The translations under genes were made by a program, and so were the position numbers. DNA of 64,000 nt, taken from positions 4,736 through 68,735 of the forward strand of contig JAYVTS010000144.1 of the NCBI GenBank assembly GCA_043788645.1, read 5' to 3'. Source of the DNA: Verrucomicrobiota bacterium. GTDB taxonomy: Bacteria > Verrucomicrobiota > Verrucomicrobiia > Limisphaerales > UBA9464. Under the pieces are notes generated by a model that did no database searches, was not told the DNA's origin, and saw nothing but the letters and a program-made list of their open reading frames with translations. This document shows, in pieces, positions 26,716 to 36,227 of the stretch (position 1 is the first letter of the stretch; every line of letters starts with the position of its first letter).

Positions 26716-28140
26716 TCAATATCGAGCGGGAACGGATACCGATAGCGTAATTTTTTCCTCGTCTTCATGGTTTCGGCCGCTGAATCGCGCCGAAATCGTT
26801 GAACCCAAATCCATCACTTCTACCAAACCAAAACACCCTTCGTGTTTGCGCGGTTTATAGACCCCTTGGCTATACGGTCCTCCCTTAATGCTAGCGTCTC
26901 GATCCAGGGGTGCAGCCGCCATGACCGGGATCGGCGCACCCCCGTGGGTCGCGAAATCGGAATTCGACCCATCATCCGCCGCGAGCGCATGCATATCTCC
27001 TTGTAAGATCACTAACCCACGAATCTGATTCGCTTTGACAAAATCCGCAATTTCCCGCCGTTCATGAGCAAATGCGGCCCAGGAATCGACCGCAACGGGT
27101 CGAGTCGGGCGAGCGTTCGTGGTGGGGATATAACTGAGGTTTTGATGGTGGAGATACCCAACATCGTTGGTCGTGACCGGCCAATAATAGTTGGTATGCC
27201 AGTTGCCGCTCCACGGCACGCTGCTAATCCAGAAAATCAGCGGATACACGCCATTGGCCGCTAGCAACTCGCGCTTAAGCCAGTTTTTTTGCAAGGCACC
27301 GAGCATGGATTTCCCTGGGCCGTCACGCGTCAACGCTCGGTCGCGTTGGGAACGAAGGTCGGTCATCAGGAATTTCACTCGCCCGACCTCAAAGGTCTGA
27401 GTAATCGGCCCAGCGGGGCTCTCGTCCAGGAGCGGATAATGTGGAAAATAATCGCGGTACGCCTGTTTTACCGCAATTCGGCCCCGGGCTCGGTCATCAC
27501 TATTATTGCCGCAAAAATCATGGTCATCCCACATATAAATCAGCGGAACTTCACGATAGAGTTGAGCTTGCACCGGTGAGGCCAACACTTTGTCATAGGC
27601 GTGTTGGAATTTCTCCACTCGATTCGTGTCGATATCTTCGTAGTGAAAATCGCCCGTGCAGAGAAAGAACAGCGGCTCGTGACGCCGAATGCAGTCGTAG
27701 CTGGCGTTGGTCGATCCGGTGATACCACAAGAAGCAAAGGCGAATGTGAACGACGCGGGCCGGGCCGGGAACGTGTGAAAACGGCCCGCTTTGATCCGCT
27801 CGACCTCGCCCTTCACTTCAAACGCGAAATAGTAGGTGGTGTCCGGGCGCAGATAGGTCAGGTGAAACCCCACCACGTTACCGGCGATATTGGTCCGGCT
27901 TACGGCGGGACCATAGATAGCGGACCGAGTCAGGTTTGGGTCTCGGCTGACCCACAGCCGAACCTCGCGGCCGTCCTGGTCGAGCTTCGCACGAACTTCC
28001 GCGGTGGTAGGCGTGATATCGCCTGACCAAGGCCCCCGAGCCAAGCGGGTATGGGAAGCGTCATTGCCCAAGGCAGCCAGGGCGAAAGCCACTCCCCAAA
28101 CCCGGGCGAACCACGGATAGAAGCGAAACAGCAACATCAT
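26716..28140 (-). CDS. Alkaline phosphatase D family protein (PhoD-like metallophosphatase)
   Basis: GPWSGDITPTTAEVRAKL, YYFAFEV, FAFASCG, TGDFHYEDI, MWDDHDF.GNN and LQGDMH. ATG 28140 chosen because the longer ORF (to 28389) would run across the tRNA gene. Confidence 0.85.
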   Translation of the reverse strand: MMLLFRFYPWFARVWGVAFALAALGNDASHTRLARGPWSGDITPTTAEVRAKLDQDGREVRLWVSRDPNLTRSAIYGPAVSRTNIAGNVVGFHLTYLRPDTTYYFAFEVKGEVERIKAGRFHTFPARPASFTFAFASCGITGSTNASYDCIRRHEPLFFLCTGDFHYEDIDTNRVEKFQHAYDKVLASPVQAQLYREVPLIYMWDDHDFCGNNSDDRARGRIAVKQAYRDYFPHYPLLDESPAGPITQTFEVGRVKFLMTDLRSQRDRALTRDGPGKSMLGALQKNWLKRELLAANGVYPLIFWISSVPWSGNWHTNYYWPVTTNDVGYLHHQNLSYIPTTNARPTRPVAVDSWAAFAHERREIADFVKANQIRGLVILQGDMHALAADDGSNSDFATHGGAPIPVMAAAPLDRDASIKGGPYSQGVYKPRKHEGCFGLVEVMDLGSTISARFSGRNHEDEEKITLSVSVPARY

Positions 28141-28246
28141 CAAGTGCCCGCAAGCTGCCGTCTGGGGCCTGAACCGCAAGACCCACGGGAACCGGAACAG
28201 ACCTTGCTTCGCCCCCGAAGTTAGCGGCGGGTCGCCGCCAAAAAAA

Positions 28247-28332
28247 TGGTGGTAGGAACTGGATTCGAACCAGTGAAGGCGTAAGCCAGCAGATTTACAG
28301 TCTGCCCCCGTTGGCCACTTGGGTATCCTACC
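28247..28332 (-). tRNA. tRNA-Tyr (anticodon GTA), class II long variable arm, CCA encoded
   Basis: The reverse complement is GGTAGGATACCCAAGTGGCCAACGGGGGCAGACTGTAAATCTGCTGGCTTACGCCTTCACTGGTTCGAATCCAGTTCCTACCACCA. It folds with acceptor GGTAGGA/TCCTACC, anticodon stem GCAGA/TCTGC with loop CTGTAAA, and T arm ACTGG-TTCGAAT-CCAGT. Confidence 0.92.
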
Positions 28333-28435
28333 ACCCAGCCGTGCTCTTTTGAGCGGGCCGCAATAGAGAAGCCCATCGCTCGCCGACAAGAGGTTTTTCC
28401 AGGAAACTCCCCGTCCGACCCGGTAGCTTCCTCAG

Positions 28436-29392
28436 ATGCCGTCGTCCACCGAAGAGCCAAAGGGCCTTTTCGCCCAGTTTCTTCGCTATCTCGAAGCCGA
28501 AAGACTCGCGTCGCCTCACACACGTCGCAACTACGCCCAGGCCGGGCGCGAATTCGAGCGTTGGCACGTCCGCGTCCACGGGGCGGGTCCGGCTTGGCCC
28601 GAACTGACCCGAGACACCTTTCGCGGATACCTGCGCTGGTTAGGACGAGGTTCGCTGGATGCCCGTACCGTAGCGTTGCGATTCAGCGCGTTGCGTTCGT
28701 TTTACCGCTGGTTGCAACGCCACGAACACACCCAAAGCTCACCACTCCGAGGAGTAGTCTTGCCGAAGCGCACTCGTAAATTGCCCCGATTTCTCTCGGA
28801 AAACCAAATGCGCGACCTCCTCGCCGCGCCGCTGCGCGAACTCGAGCGCCGGTTACCCCTCGACCCGCCCCCGAGCCGAGCAGAAAAAGTCGCGCTCGTC
28901 CGAGACCTCGCCGTCCTCGAACTGTTTTACACTGCCGGCCTGCGGATCAGTGAACTTTGCTCGCTCAGACTCCAACAATTGGACCTCGACTCCCGTCTCG
29001 TGCGGGTCCTGGGGAAAGGCAGGAAAGAGAGGGAAATTCCGGTCGGTCGACCTGCCCTCAACGCCCTGTCCGCCTATTGGCTGGCGGTCGCCCATCCCAA
29101 AACGCCCGACGCGTTTGTGTTTTGGGGCTCCGAACACGGCTCGGACCCCTTGACCCCGCGTACCGTCCAGCGGCGACTCAAATTCTACCTCGCTGCCGCC
29201 CAACTCGATCCCGCGCTGAGTCCGCATAAGCTTCGTCATAGTTTTGCCACCCATCTGTTGAATCGAGGAGCGGACCTCCGCAGTGTCCAAGAACTCCTCG
29301 GGCACGCCCAACTCGCGACCACTCAAGTTTACACGCATGTCTCCCTGGAACGGTTGCAGCAGGTCTATCGAAACGCTCATCCGCGCGCATGA
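28436..29392 (+). CDS. xerC: Tyrosine recombinase, XerC/XerD family
   Basis: N-terminal SAM-like domain (FLRYLEAERLASPHTRRNYAQAGREF) and catalytic residues in LRISEL (R), HKLRHSFATHLL (H..R), LLGH and the Y of TQVYTHV. Confidence 0.8.
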   Translation: MPSSTEEPKGLFAQFLRYLEAERLASPHTRRNYAQAGREFERWHVRVHGAGPAWPELTRDTFRGYLRWLGRGSLDARTVALRFSALRSFYRWLQRHEHTQSSPLRGVVLPKRTRKLPRFLSENQMRDLLAAPLRELERRLPLDPPPSRAEKVALVRDLAVLELFYTAGLRISELCSLRLQQLDLDSRLVRVLGKGRKEREIPVGRPALNALSAYWLAVAHPKTPDAFVFWGSEHGSDPLTPRTVQRRLKFYLAAAQLDPALSPHKLRHSFATHLLNRGADLRSVQELLGHAQLATTQVYTHVSLERLQQVYRNAHPRA

Positions 29393-29472
29393 GGAACCGG
29401 ACTTCTGCAACTCCTCCCTTCGTCGCAATCCGGGCTAGCCCGTCGTCCAATCCTCGGCGAAGCGTATCCCCC

Positions 29473-30444
29473 ATGAAACCTACCACGCGGGCACGCCAGG
29501 TTTTCTCCATTGAAATCGCCGCTCTTCAAGCCGTACGTCGACGCCTTAATGCCGCATTTGATCAAGCCGTTGCGCTCATTTCTGATACCCTCGCGGCTCG
29601 GGGCAAGGTCATCGTCGTCGGGGTCGGTAAATCCGGCAATATTGGTCGCAAACTTGCCGCCACCCTCAGCTCTACCGGCACTCCCGCCGTGGTGCTCGAT
29701 CCCGTGGATGCACTCCACGGGGATCTGGGAATTGTGGCTGACGGCGACCTCGTCCTGGCCCTGAGCTATTCGGGAGAATCCGACGAACTCCTCAACTTAC
29801 TCCCGGCTCTCAAACGATTTTCCGTCAAACTGATTGCCCTCACCGGTGGGCGCCGCTCCACCTTGGCTCGACACAGCGAGGTGGTGCTCGACGTCCGCGT
29901 GCCCAGAGAAGCGTGTCCCTTCAACCTCGCTCCCACCGCCAGTACCACGGCCACTCTGGTAATGGGCGATGCACTCGCCTTAGCCGTCATGGAAGCGCGG
30001 GGGTTCAAGAAAAAAGACTTCGCCCAACGTCACCCCAGCGGAGCCATTGGGCGAGCGATGCTGGTAAAAGTCGGCGACATCATGCGCCGCGACGCTCGCA
30101 ACGCAGTCGCCTCCAGTGATCTCACTGTCAAAGAAGCCCTCCTCATCATGACGCGGGCAAAATCGGGTTCCGTCGCCGTCGTGGACTCCCGGAACCGGCT
30201 GGTGGGAGTGTTCACCGATGGCGATCTGCGACGGCGGATGCCAGAAGATCCGGACATTCTCGGTCGAAGACTCCGAACCGTTATGACGAGCGCCCCGGTT
30301 CGCATCCGGGAAGACGCGTTGGCCGTCGAAGCATTGAAAATTTTCAACGAACGCAACATTGATGACCTGATCGTCGTCAATGCTCAAGGCCATCCGGTGG
30401 GGTTGGTCGATAGCCAAGACCTGCCAAAGCTAAAGCTGATGTAA
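29473..30444 (+). CDS. kdsD: KpsF/GutQ family arabinose-5-phosphate isomerase (SIS plus tandem CBS)
   Basis: GKVIVVGVGKSGNIGRKLAATLSSTG, LSYSGESDEL, and two CBS domains at the C-terminus. Start at ATG 29473. Confidence 0.85.
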   Translation: MKPTTRARQVFSIEIAALQAVRRRLNAAFDQAVALISDTLAARGKVIVVGVGKSGNIGRKLAATLSSTGTPAVVLDPVDALHGDLGIVADGDLVLALSYSGESDELLNLLPALKRFSVKLIALTGGRRSTLARHSEVVLDVRVPREACPFNLAPTASTTATLVMGDALALAVMEARGFKKKDFAQRHPSGAIGRAMLVKVGDIMRRDARNAVASSDLTVKEALLIMTRAKSGSVAVVDSRNRLVGVFTDGDLRRRMPEDPDILGRRLRTVMTSAPVRIREDALAVEALKIFNERNIDDLIVVNAQGHPVGLVDSQDLPKLKLM

Positions 30445-30505
30445 TTCCAAGTTGGATCCTTAAGTCTCCACTTGGCCCGGCTTGCCCGGATCGGTCCTAT
30501 CCGGG

Positions 30506-31252
30506 CTAGGGCCGATAGAGCAGATCAACCACGTTCCTAAGAAATTGCTCTTCGGAAAGACCATCGACGATTTCTATCGGAAATTGCACTTCAGCGCGAA
30601 AGTGTTCTGCCAAATCGTGGTAGAGTTGGACGCGGGCCGTGGCCTCAAATTCGTCGCGACGCAAAATTGCCTGCAGCGCCAAACTGGCTTCAGGTGCGCC
30701 CAGCCGCTGCCGGAGGCGGGCGGCTAGATGCGGTTGAGTGCGCAGAGAATTAAAATGACCCGCTAATAACTGACGTAAATCCGGTTCCGCAGCCTTGGGT
30801 TGGCGCACCACCACGGTGCCCGCGGCAATATCTCCTAGACGTTGGCACCGCGGTGAAAGCACACTGGCGACCCCGCCCACGAAATAAAAATAGGGAAGAA
30901 AATCCACCGCCCGGAGGAGATTTCGGAGGACTACTTGTCCAAAAGTGAGTTTGAATCCCCGAGCATCGACCACGCGCAAGCGGAAAACCCGTTTCCCAAT
31001 GGTCTGCCCGCGCCAAAACCATTCGAAAATAATGCCGTAGGCCAGGGGCAAAATGAATCCACCGAGCAACGCGACGGAGGAAGCCAGCTCCCCGGAAATA
31101 AGTCGCAAAGCCGCCGCCGCGAAACCCAGCCCTACGAGTAAGCCGATCAAGACGGTGAAATCGACCAGCCAAGCCAAAAGCCGTATGAACGGCCCCGCCA
31201 GCGGCAAAGCGAACTCCACACCTTCAGGAGTACGTATACGAAGGGTCTGCAC
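30506..31252 (-). CDS. RDD family membrane protein
   Basis: RLLAWLVDFTVLIGL, three TM helices, RGQTIGKRVFRLRVVD, and a soluble C-terminal extension. Confidence 0.7.
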   Translation of the reverse strand: MQTLRIRTPEGVEFALPLAGPFIRLLAWLVDFTVLIGLLVGLGFAAAALRLISGELASSVALLGGFILPLAYGIIFEWFWRGQTIGKRVFRLRVVDARGFKLTFGQVVLRNLLRAVDFLPYFYFVGGVASVLSPRCQRLGDIAAGTVVVRQPKAAEPDLRQLLAGHFNSLRTQPHLAARLRQRLGAPEASLALQAILRRDEFEATARVQLYHDLAEHFRAEVQFPIEIVDGLSEEQFLRNVVDLLYRP

Positions 31253-31287
31253 AGTGAACGGTACGAAGAGGGAGCCCGACTCTTCCC

Positions 31288-33234
31288 TTATTTGAGGATC
31301 AGCCGACCCCAGTCGTCGGGTCGGCCTTGAACGCCGCTTCGTGGAGCCCAGGCTAAGCGGGACTTATTAATGTTTTCACCCGGCACGGCATTGATTTTGT
31401 CTCCGTCGTAAATCAAAACATTAAAACCGAGTTCGCCCCGGAATTTTGCTGGCCTTCCCAATTCGCGCAACGGAATGGCGACGCGAAGGGTGTATCCAGT
31501 CGGTGTTTTCCAAGAAACTAAGCGCGTGCCCGGTGCGGTTTCTTCGATCAAACCTGGCTTTGCATCCGCATCTCGCACCCCTCGAGCGTGGCCCGCAGAG
31601 TCAAACGGGAATAACCCGAGTTTATAGCAACCCAGCGTGTGTTCAGAACCAGGATGTGGATCGAGACAGAGTTCGACCGAATCACTTCGCCAATGCCCCT
31701 TAATATCGTTGGGAGCAATATTGCTCACCACTTGATCGTCGGCCACCTGGACCTCGATGAAGAGGGTTTCGCCGGCTCGAATGAGATGAACGACCGCGCT
31801 GCTATCCGCGGCGTCCCGTGTTTTTCCCTCCCAAAGATTTGTGTGTGAAATGGCGATCTCTGGGGTTGTATTGGGCCACGCGAAATCTGGGTCGAGTTTG
31901 GGTTCGACTCGGGAGCGAGGCACGGTGATTTGTGGGATCACATGCAAGCGGGCTTTCGCCTGAATGACCGTTCCCAAGGCCGAACCGCCTTCCGCGATCA
32001 GGTCGTGGTCACCCGTCGCCTCGGCGGGCACGGTAAACTGTGCCGTGATTTGGGTTTTATCTCGGGATGTTTCAATCCTCAGCGGCTTCCATCCGGACGG
32101 CCACAGGAGTCTGGGTGCTTCTAATTTCGTTCGGGTACCGGTATTCAGAACCACTGTGTTCATTGAACCAGCGACGACCGGTAGATCGGGGGCGAAACTC
32201 GCGGCCGCGTGATCAATACCTTGCTGGCGGACGAAGGTTTGGTAATTCTCGACTGCAGGGCGGGCAACAAAAGAGAGCACTTCCCGTTTTTCTGGGTTGG
32301 GGGGTGGAAAAACTCGGGGGACGAGCGTGGGCGCGCCGGGCAACGGGAGGCCGCGAAAGAGATCGGTTTCTTCCGCGATGAACGGCACCACACTTTTGAC
32401 GAGTTGCAAACGCTGTGGACGAACGAACCAAGGCGAATTTCCAAAATTTCCGAACCCTTGAGAGCGATGATTCGCTAGGGCTTCACCGGCCAAACGAGCC
32501 GGGATGCGACCGTCGGTCAGGGCATTGGTAGTCGTTAAAGTGGCCATAAACTGGCCGTTTCCGCCAAAGTACAATTTTCGCGGCTGCCAAACGCTGAGAC
32601 CCTCGTGGGTCAATTGCTCAGGAAATCGCTGGGCGTTGGCCGCGGCGTCGAAGGCTTCCGTTGCGAGCCATCCCGCCGCTTGATGGTTGCCGTGCTGGCC
32701 GGGGGTGGGAGCGGGGTTCATCGTCACAATGACCTCTGGACGCAGCAGCCGGACGAGCCGGACCAGTCGTCGGAGTGTCTCTTCGTGACCCCATTTTTCA
32801 AGGGTGACTCGTAAGCTCTCGGTGTAGGCGAAATCTTCGCGTTCAAGAAAATAGGCAAAGCGGACGCCGATCTTGACCAAACACGCCCGCAATTCTGCCT
32901 CACGCAGGAGGCCCAGGCTAGGCCCATATTGCGTGCCGACCATATTACCACCGCCCTCACCGCGGGTGCAATAGACGTGCGCCACCGTCCGCCCTTGTCG
33001 CCAGGCGAGGTCTGCGATCAGCGGAGCAATTCCCGTTTCATCGTCAGGATGAGCAAAAACTCCGAGGACATCCGTCTTGAGCAGAGCGGCGCCTTGGAGC
33101 GGCCCGGAGGACTCCGGTTGCGGAGTCGCTGTGTCCTCACCTTGCAGGCGGGTCCAGGCCAGCAAAGGCACGATGGCCAAGAGTGCAAGACGGACGAACC
33201 CACTGATGACCCGAGCCCGTGAAAGAAGGTGCAT
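31288..33234 (-). CDS. PIG-L family deacetylase with a C-terminal carbohydrate-binding (CBM9-like) domain
   Basis: Signal peptide, then LmbE/PIG-L motif VLGVFAHPDDETG and HGNHQA. The C-terminal ~200 aa (WRSDSVELCLDP, FNVLIYDGD) resemble family-9 sugar-binding modules. Confidence 0.75.
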   Translation of the reverse strand: MHLLSRARVISGFVRLALLAIVPLLAWTRLQGEDTATPQPESSGPLQGAALLKTDVLGVFAHPDDETGIAPLIADLAWRQGRTVAHVYCTRGEGGGNMVGTQYGPSLGLLREAELRACLVKIGVRFAYFLEREDFAYTESLRVTLEKWGHEETLRRLVRLVRLLRPEVIVTMNPAPTPGQHGNHQAAGWLATEAFDAAANAQRFPEQLTHEGLSVWQPRKLYFGGNGQFMATLTTTNALTDGRIPARLAGEALANHRSQGFGNFGNSPWFVRPQRLQLVKSVVPFIAEETDLFRGLPLPGAPTLVPRVFPPPNPEKREVLSFVARPAVENYQTFVRQQGIDHAAASFAPDLPVVAGSMNTVVLNTGTRTKLEAPRLLWPSGWKPLRIETSRDKTQITAQFTVPAEATGDHDLIAEGGSALGTVIQAKARLHVIPQITVPRSRVEPKLDPDFAWPNTTPEIAISHTNLWEGKTRDAADSSAVVHLIRAGETLFIEVQVADDQVVSNIAPNDIKGHWRSDSVELCLDPHPGSEHTLGCYKLGLFPFDSAGHARGVRDADAKPGLIEETAPGTRLVSWKTPTGYTLRVAIPLRELGRPAKFRGELGFNVLIYDGDKINAVPGENINKSRLAWAPRSGVQGRPDDWGRLILK

Positions 33235-33428
33235 GACTTAAAGAACAACGTCCGGCGCAGCCGTAAAGCAAGACCAGGAGTCTTCCTCATCAAAAACCGA
33301 TGGTTACGAACCTCTTTCTATGGGTAAGGATGAGAGAGGACTTGGCATACTCCCAAGCCCTCCTCCTCTACCCCCAAAGTCAGGTCAGCCTGATTCCACC
33401 CGGGATGAGAAGTTCTCGGGCTTTGGCG

Positions 33429-34106
33429 TCAGGGCCCACCAAATTTCTCTACCCACGGGCGAACCACCGGCGCCCAAACAGCATACCCGGCTCGATTTAA
33501 GTGAAGACGGTCCGCCTCAAACAATTCGGCCCGCGGCGCCCGGGCAGTATCCAACAACGGCGACGCCACATCCAATTCGATCCAATTTGGTTCAGTCAGC
33601 AAACGCCGACGAATTCCTTCGTTGAGTTCATCCTGTAAGGCGAATAGATGTTGGCGCACAGGACTGTGTTTGGTGCTGAGGATCGCCACGGGCAGTCCCG
33701 GAAGCGTTGCTCGCATCTGGGCCCGGAATTCATCAAAATCGGCCAGGCATTCCTTCACTGAACGACCGGCGGCCAAGTCATTGTCTCCCTCATAAACGAC
33801 GACTGCGCGAGGACGATACTTCGGCACCAACCGTGCAAAGTAGAAATTGAGATCTCGCCACGTCGACCCTCCAAAACCACGGTTCAGCACATAGTGACCC
33901 GCAAAGTCGTTGGAAAGGCTTTGCCACTTTACAATGCTCGAACTGCCGGTGAACAATACGGGGCCGGCCAGGGGCGGGTTCGTTTGATCCCGACGTTCAA
34001 AAAAGCGGATCTCGTTCTCGAAACGACGCGGGTCGTCATCCGCCACCACTGGGTCAGCACCAAAGCAAGAAAGCATTAGGGTGATCGCGAGCAGTCGTGA
34101 CATCAT
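33429..34106 (-). CDS. SGNH/GDSL hydrolase family protein
   Basis: Block I FTGSSS, block II GFGGST, block III YEGDNDL and block V DRLHLN. The signal peptide appears if the gene starts at ATG 34106. Confidence 0.75.
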   Translation of the reverse strand: MMSRLLAITLMLSCFGADPVVADDDPRRFENEIRFFERRDQTNPPLAGPVLFTGSSSIVKWQSLSNDFAGHYVLNRGFGGSTWRDLNFYFARLVPKYRPRAVVVYEGDNDLAAGRSVKECLADFDEFRAQMRATLPGLPVAILSTKHSPVRQHLFALQDELNEGIRRRLLTEPNWIELDVASPLLDTARAPRAELFEADRLHLNRAGYAVWAPVVRPWVEKFGGP

Positions 34107-34163
34107 GGTGAGAGAGTCTTCGGTAAAAGGTTCTCCCGACAACTCAATTTATTGGCGACCGTG

Positions 34164-35588
34164 TTACGCTTCCACCAACTGACCCGGACCCGGCGTGTAA
34201 ACTTTAATTCTCGGCCAGCTTTTCTTAATCTGCGCCGAGAACCAGGATCGAGCCGCTCCATCGCCATGACCGAGCAACACCACTTTGGGCTGCACCTGCC
34301 CGACAAATTCTAGCAGATCACGCCTGTTGGCATGGGCTGTTAGATCAAATTCCTCTAACTGACACGACTTAGTCAATTGCCCGGCAGAACTACTAAAGTT
34401 GAAACGAGAACCCGGGCGGGCCTTCCGCAAACGTCCAGCCGGTGAATCGGGATCCGAATAGCCCACAAAAAGGATCGAATGTTTGGGGTCGGCTGCCATC
34501 CGAACGGCGAGGTCATGCGCCGCCGTGTGCTCGGTCATCATTCCCGCAGTGATGACGAAAATCTTACCCGGAGAAAGTTTAAGACTATCAATGTTCTTAG
34601 GCGAGAGCACTTGCAAATCCAGGGCCTCAGTGAGTTTGAGTTTGGTGAGGGAGCGATTTGCTCGATGAGATTCAAGATCGTAAATCTCGGTAAAAACTCG
34701 GCCCAATCCCCCGATATGAACCGGCTGCCGACGCAAGCGTCCCGAGTCCATGAGGAGGGCTAGTTCGGCGAGAATTTCTTGAGTCCTCCCCAGCGCAAAG
34801 GCCGGGATTAGCACCGATCCCTTCCGTTTCAAGGTCTCTAACATGACGTCCGCCAATCGGTCCAGCTCAGCCTCTCTCGACCATTTTTTGGGCACTTCCA
34901 CCGCACCGCGAGTCGTCTCCATGATCAACACATCCGCCCGGACGTCCTGGAATTCCGCCTTGCGCAAGATCGTTTGATCATGAAAACAGACGTCACCGGT
35001 GTAAAACAGCGTCTGTTTTTGGCCCCGCATGAGGACCCCCGCCGAACCGAGCGCGTGGCCCGCATCGTGAAATTCCAAGGTCGGTGAGCGCACCCCACGA
35101 TAAACCTTGTGAGGAAGCGCGAACTCGATTTCCCGACCACACTTAAACCCCTGAAACACTGGCGCGTAATCATCCACTTGTTCGTGGGTAAAAAACGGAT
35201 AATCCCGAATTCCAAGCTCGGTCCGCTGCCGTTCCATGACGTTGACGGAGTTGTGGAGGACGCGCTCGACCAAGAAGTAACTCAGCTCCGTCATCAGCAC
35301 CCGTGCCGAGGGGAACTTCTGCAACGCCACGGGCAGCGCACCCACATGGTCATGGTGACAGTGAGTAATGACAATGGCATCGAGGTCCTCGCGTTCGATC
35401 TTGCTGAACAGGGGTAAGCCTGCTCGCCCTTCGCGTTTTGGGTGGACGCCCGCATCGAACAACACGGTATGCCCTTCCAGGTCGACAAACCACGAACTAG
35501 CACCGATGTCCGCGTCAGGATTCAGATTGATGATCCGCACCCCGGTATGGAGACAGGCTTTTGGCCCGGGCGAAACCCATTTCGGCAA
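34164..35588 (-). CDS. MBL-fold metallo-hydrolase with beta-CASP / RNA-specificity domain
   Basis: HCHHDHVGALP, the beta-CASP segment and the C-terminal LLGHGD. The architecture is that of RNase J/CPSF-like nucleases. Confidence 0.8.
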   Translation of the reverse strand: MPKWVSPGPKACLHTGVRIINLNPDADIGASSWFVDLEGHTVLFDAGVHPKREGRAGLPLFSKIEREDLDAIVITHCHHDHVGALPVALQKFPSARVLMTELSYFLVERVLHNSVNVMERQRTELGIRDYPFFTHEQVDDYAPVFQGFKCGREIEFALPHKVYRGVRSPTLEFHDAGHALGSAGVLMRGQKQTLFYTGDVCFHDQTILRKAEFQDVRADVLIMETTRGAVEVPKKWSREAELDRLADVMLETLKRKGSVLIPAFALGRTQEILAELALLMDSGRLRRQPVHIGGLGRVFTEIYDLESHRANRSLTKLKLTEALDLQVLSPKNIDSLKLSPGKIFVITAGMMTEHTAAHDLAVRMAADPKHSILFVGYSDPDSPAGRLRKARPGSRFNFSSSAGQLTKSCQLEEFDLTAHANRRDLLEFVGQVQPKVVLLGHGDGAARSWFSAQIKKSWPRIKVYTPGPGQLVEA

Positions 35589-35619
35589 AAACCCAAGCCG
35601 AATTCCTCGACGAACAATC

Positions 35620-35895
35620 TCAATTCTGTTCCGGCTTCGGTGGACGAAGACCCACTGCGCCCGCGATCTCTTCGAATTCTTCGCGAGAGACTTCGTGAAG
35701 CTCTCGACCGCGCCGGGCTAGGTGTTCATTCACCTTAATGGCCTTTTCGGTCATTTCCTCGTGGGTCTCGGCTGAACCGCCGAGCAGGGCGAAGTTCTTG
35801 CCCGTGGTGATACGCTTGTGACCATCGCGACCATCCAGGCCGACGCCGACCAAGAGCGCCGGGACCGGTTTTGTTGGAGATTTCTCCTTCGCCAT
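35620..35895 (-). CDS. Conserved small hypothetical protein
   Basis: A 91-aa ORF (MAKEKSPTKPVPALLVGVGLDGRDGHKRITTGKNFALLGGSAETHEEMTEKAIKVNEHL...) 31 nt upstream of the beta-CASP gene on the same strand. Composition is coding-like, but I cannot name a family. Confidence 0.55.
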   Translation of the reverse strand: MAKEKSPTKPVPALLVGVGLDGRDGHKRITTGKNFALLGGSAETHEEMTEKAIKVNEHLARRGRELHEVSREEFEEIAGAVGLRPPKPEQN

Positions 35896-36002
35896 AGGCG
35901 CGAACCTAGAGGAAGGCTCCGGTGCTGCAAGCAGCCGTCGTGAATCGAAGTACATCATCCACGATTGCCGCGCATCCGCTCAGACGCTCTATTGGCGGGT
36001 CA

Positions 36003-36227
36003 ATGATTGTGCGTATGAGTTCCCGACGCGTCGTCGAGAACATTTTGCGGTGTGGGTTCGCAGGCATCTGCGCCCTGGCGTCTGGCGGATGCCGGACGGT
36101 GGATCCCGGCACCCATGAAACCAGCACTGGGTTGCAATATCGCCCCTTGGGGGACCTGCAATATGTCGAGAACCCCGGGGTTTACGTCGGAGAAAAGTCC
36201 GGCTACCCAGTTAAACCTGTCCGTTAA
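36003..36227 (+). CDS. Small lipoprotein, paralogous to the N-terminal module of the next gene
   Basis: Lipobox ALASGGC, followed by RTVDPGTHETSTGLQYRPLGDLQYVENPG. This mirrors ITGC-RTTPGDPNETSTGLPYHPPPGMTYVDTPPG in the NlpC/P60 protein. Its stop TAA shares a nucleotide with the next ATG. Confidence 0.5.
   Translation: MIVRMSSRRVVENILRCGFAGICALASGGCRTVDPGTHETSTGLQYRPLGDLQYVENPGVYVGEKSGYPVKPVR

Noticed and set aside
28247-29392. tRNA-Tyr lies next to a tyrosine recombinase, which could mark an integrated genomic island.
   Set aside because: The recombinase has the XerC/XerD-type N-terminal domain and is followed directly by housekeeping kdsD. I saw no direct repeat of the tRNA 3' end, no phage or conjugation genes, and no compositional shift on either side. 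It is most likely the chromosomal dimer-resolution recombinase.
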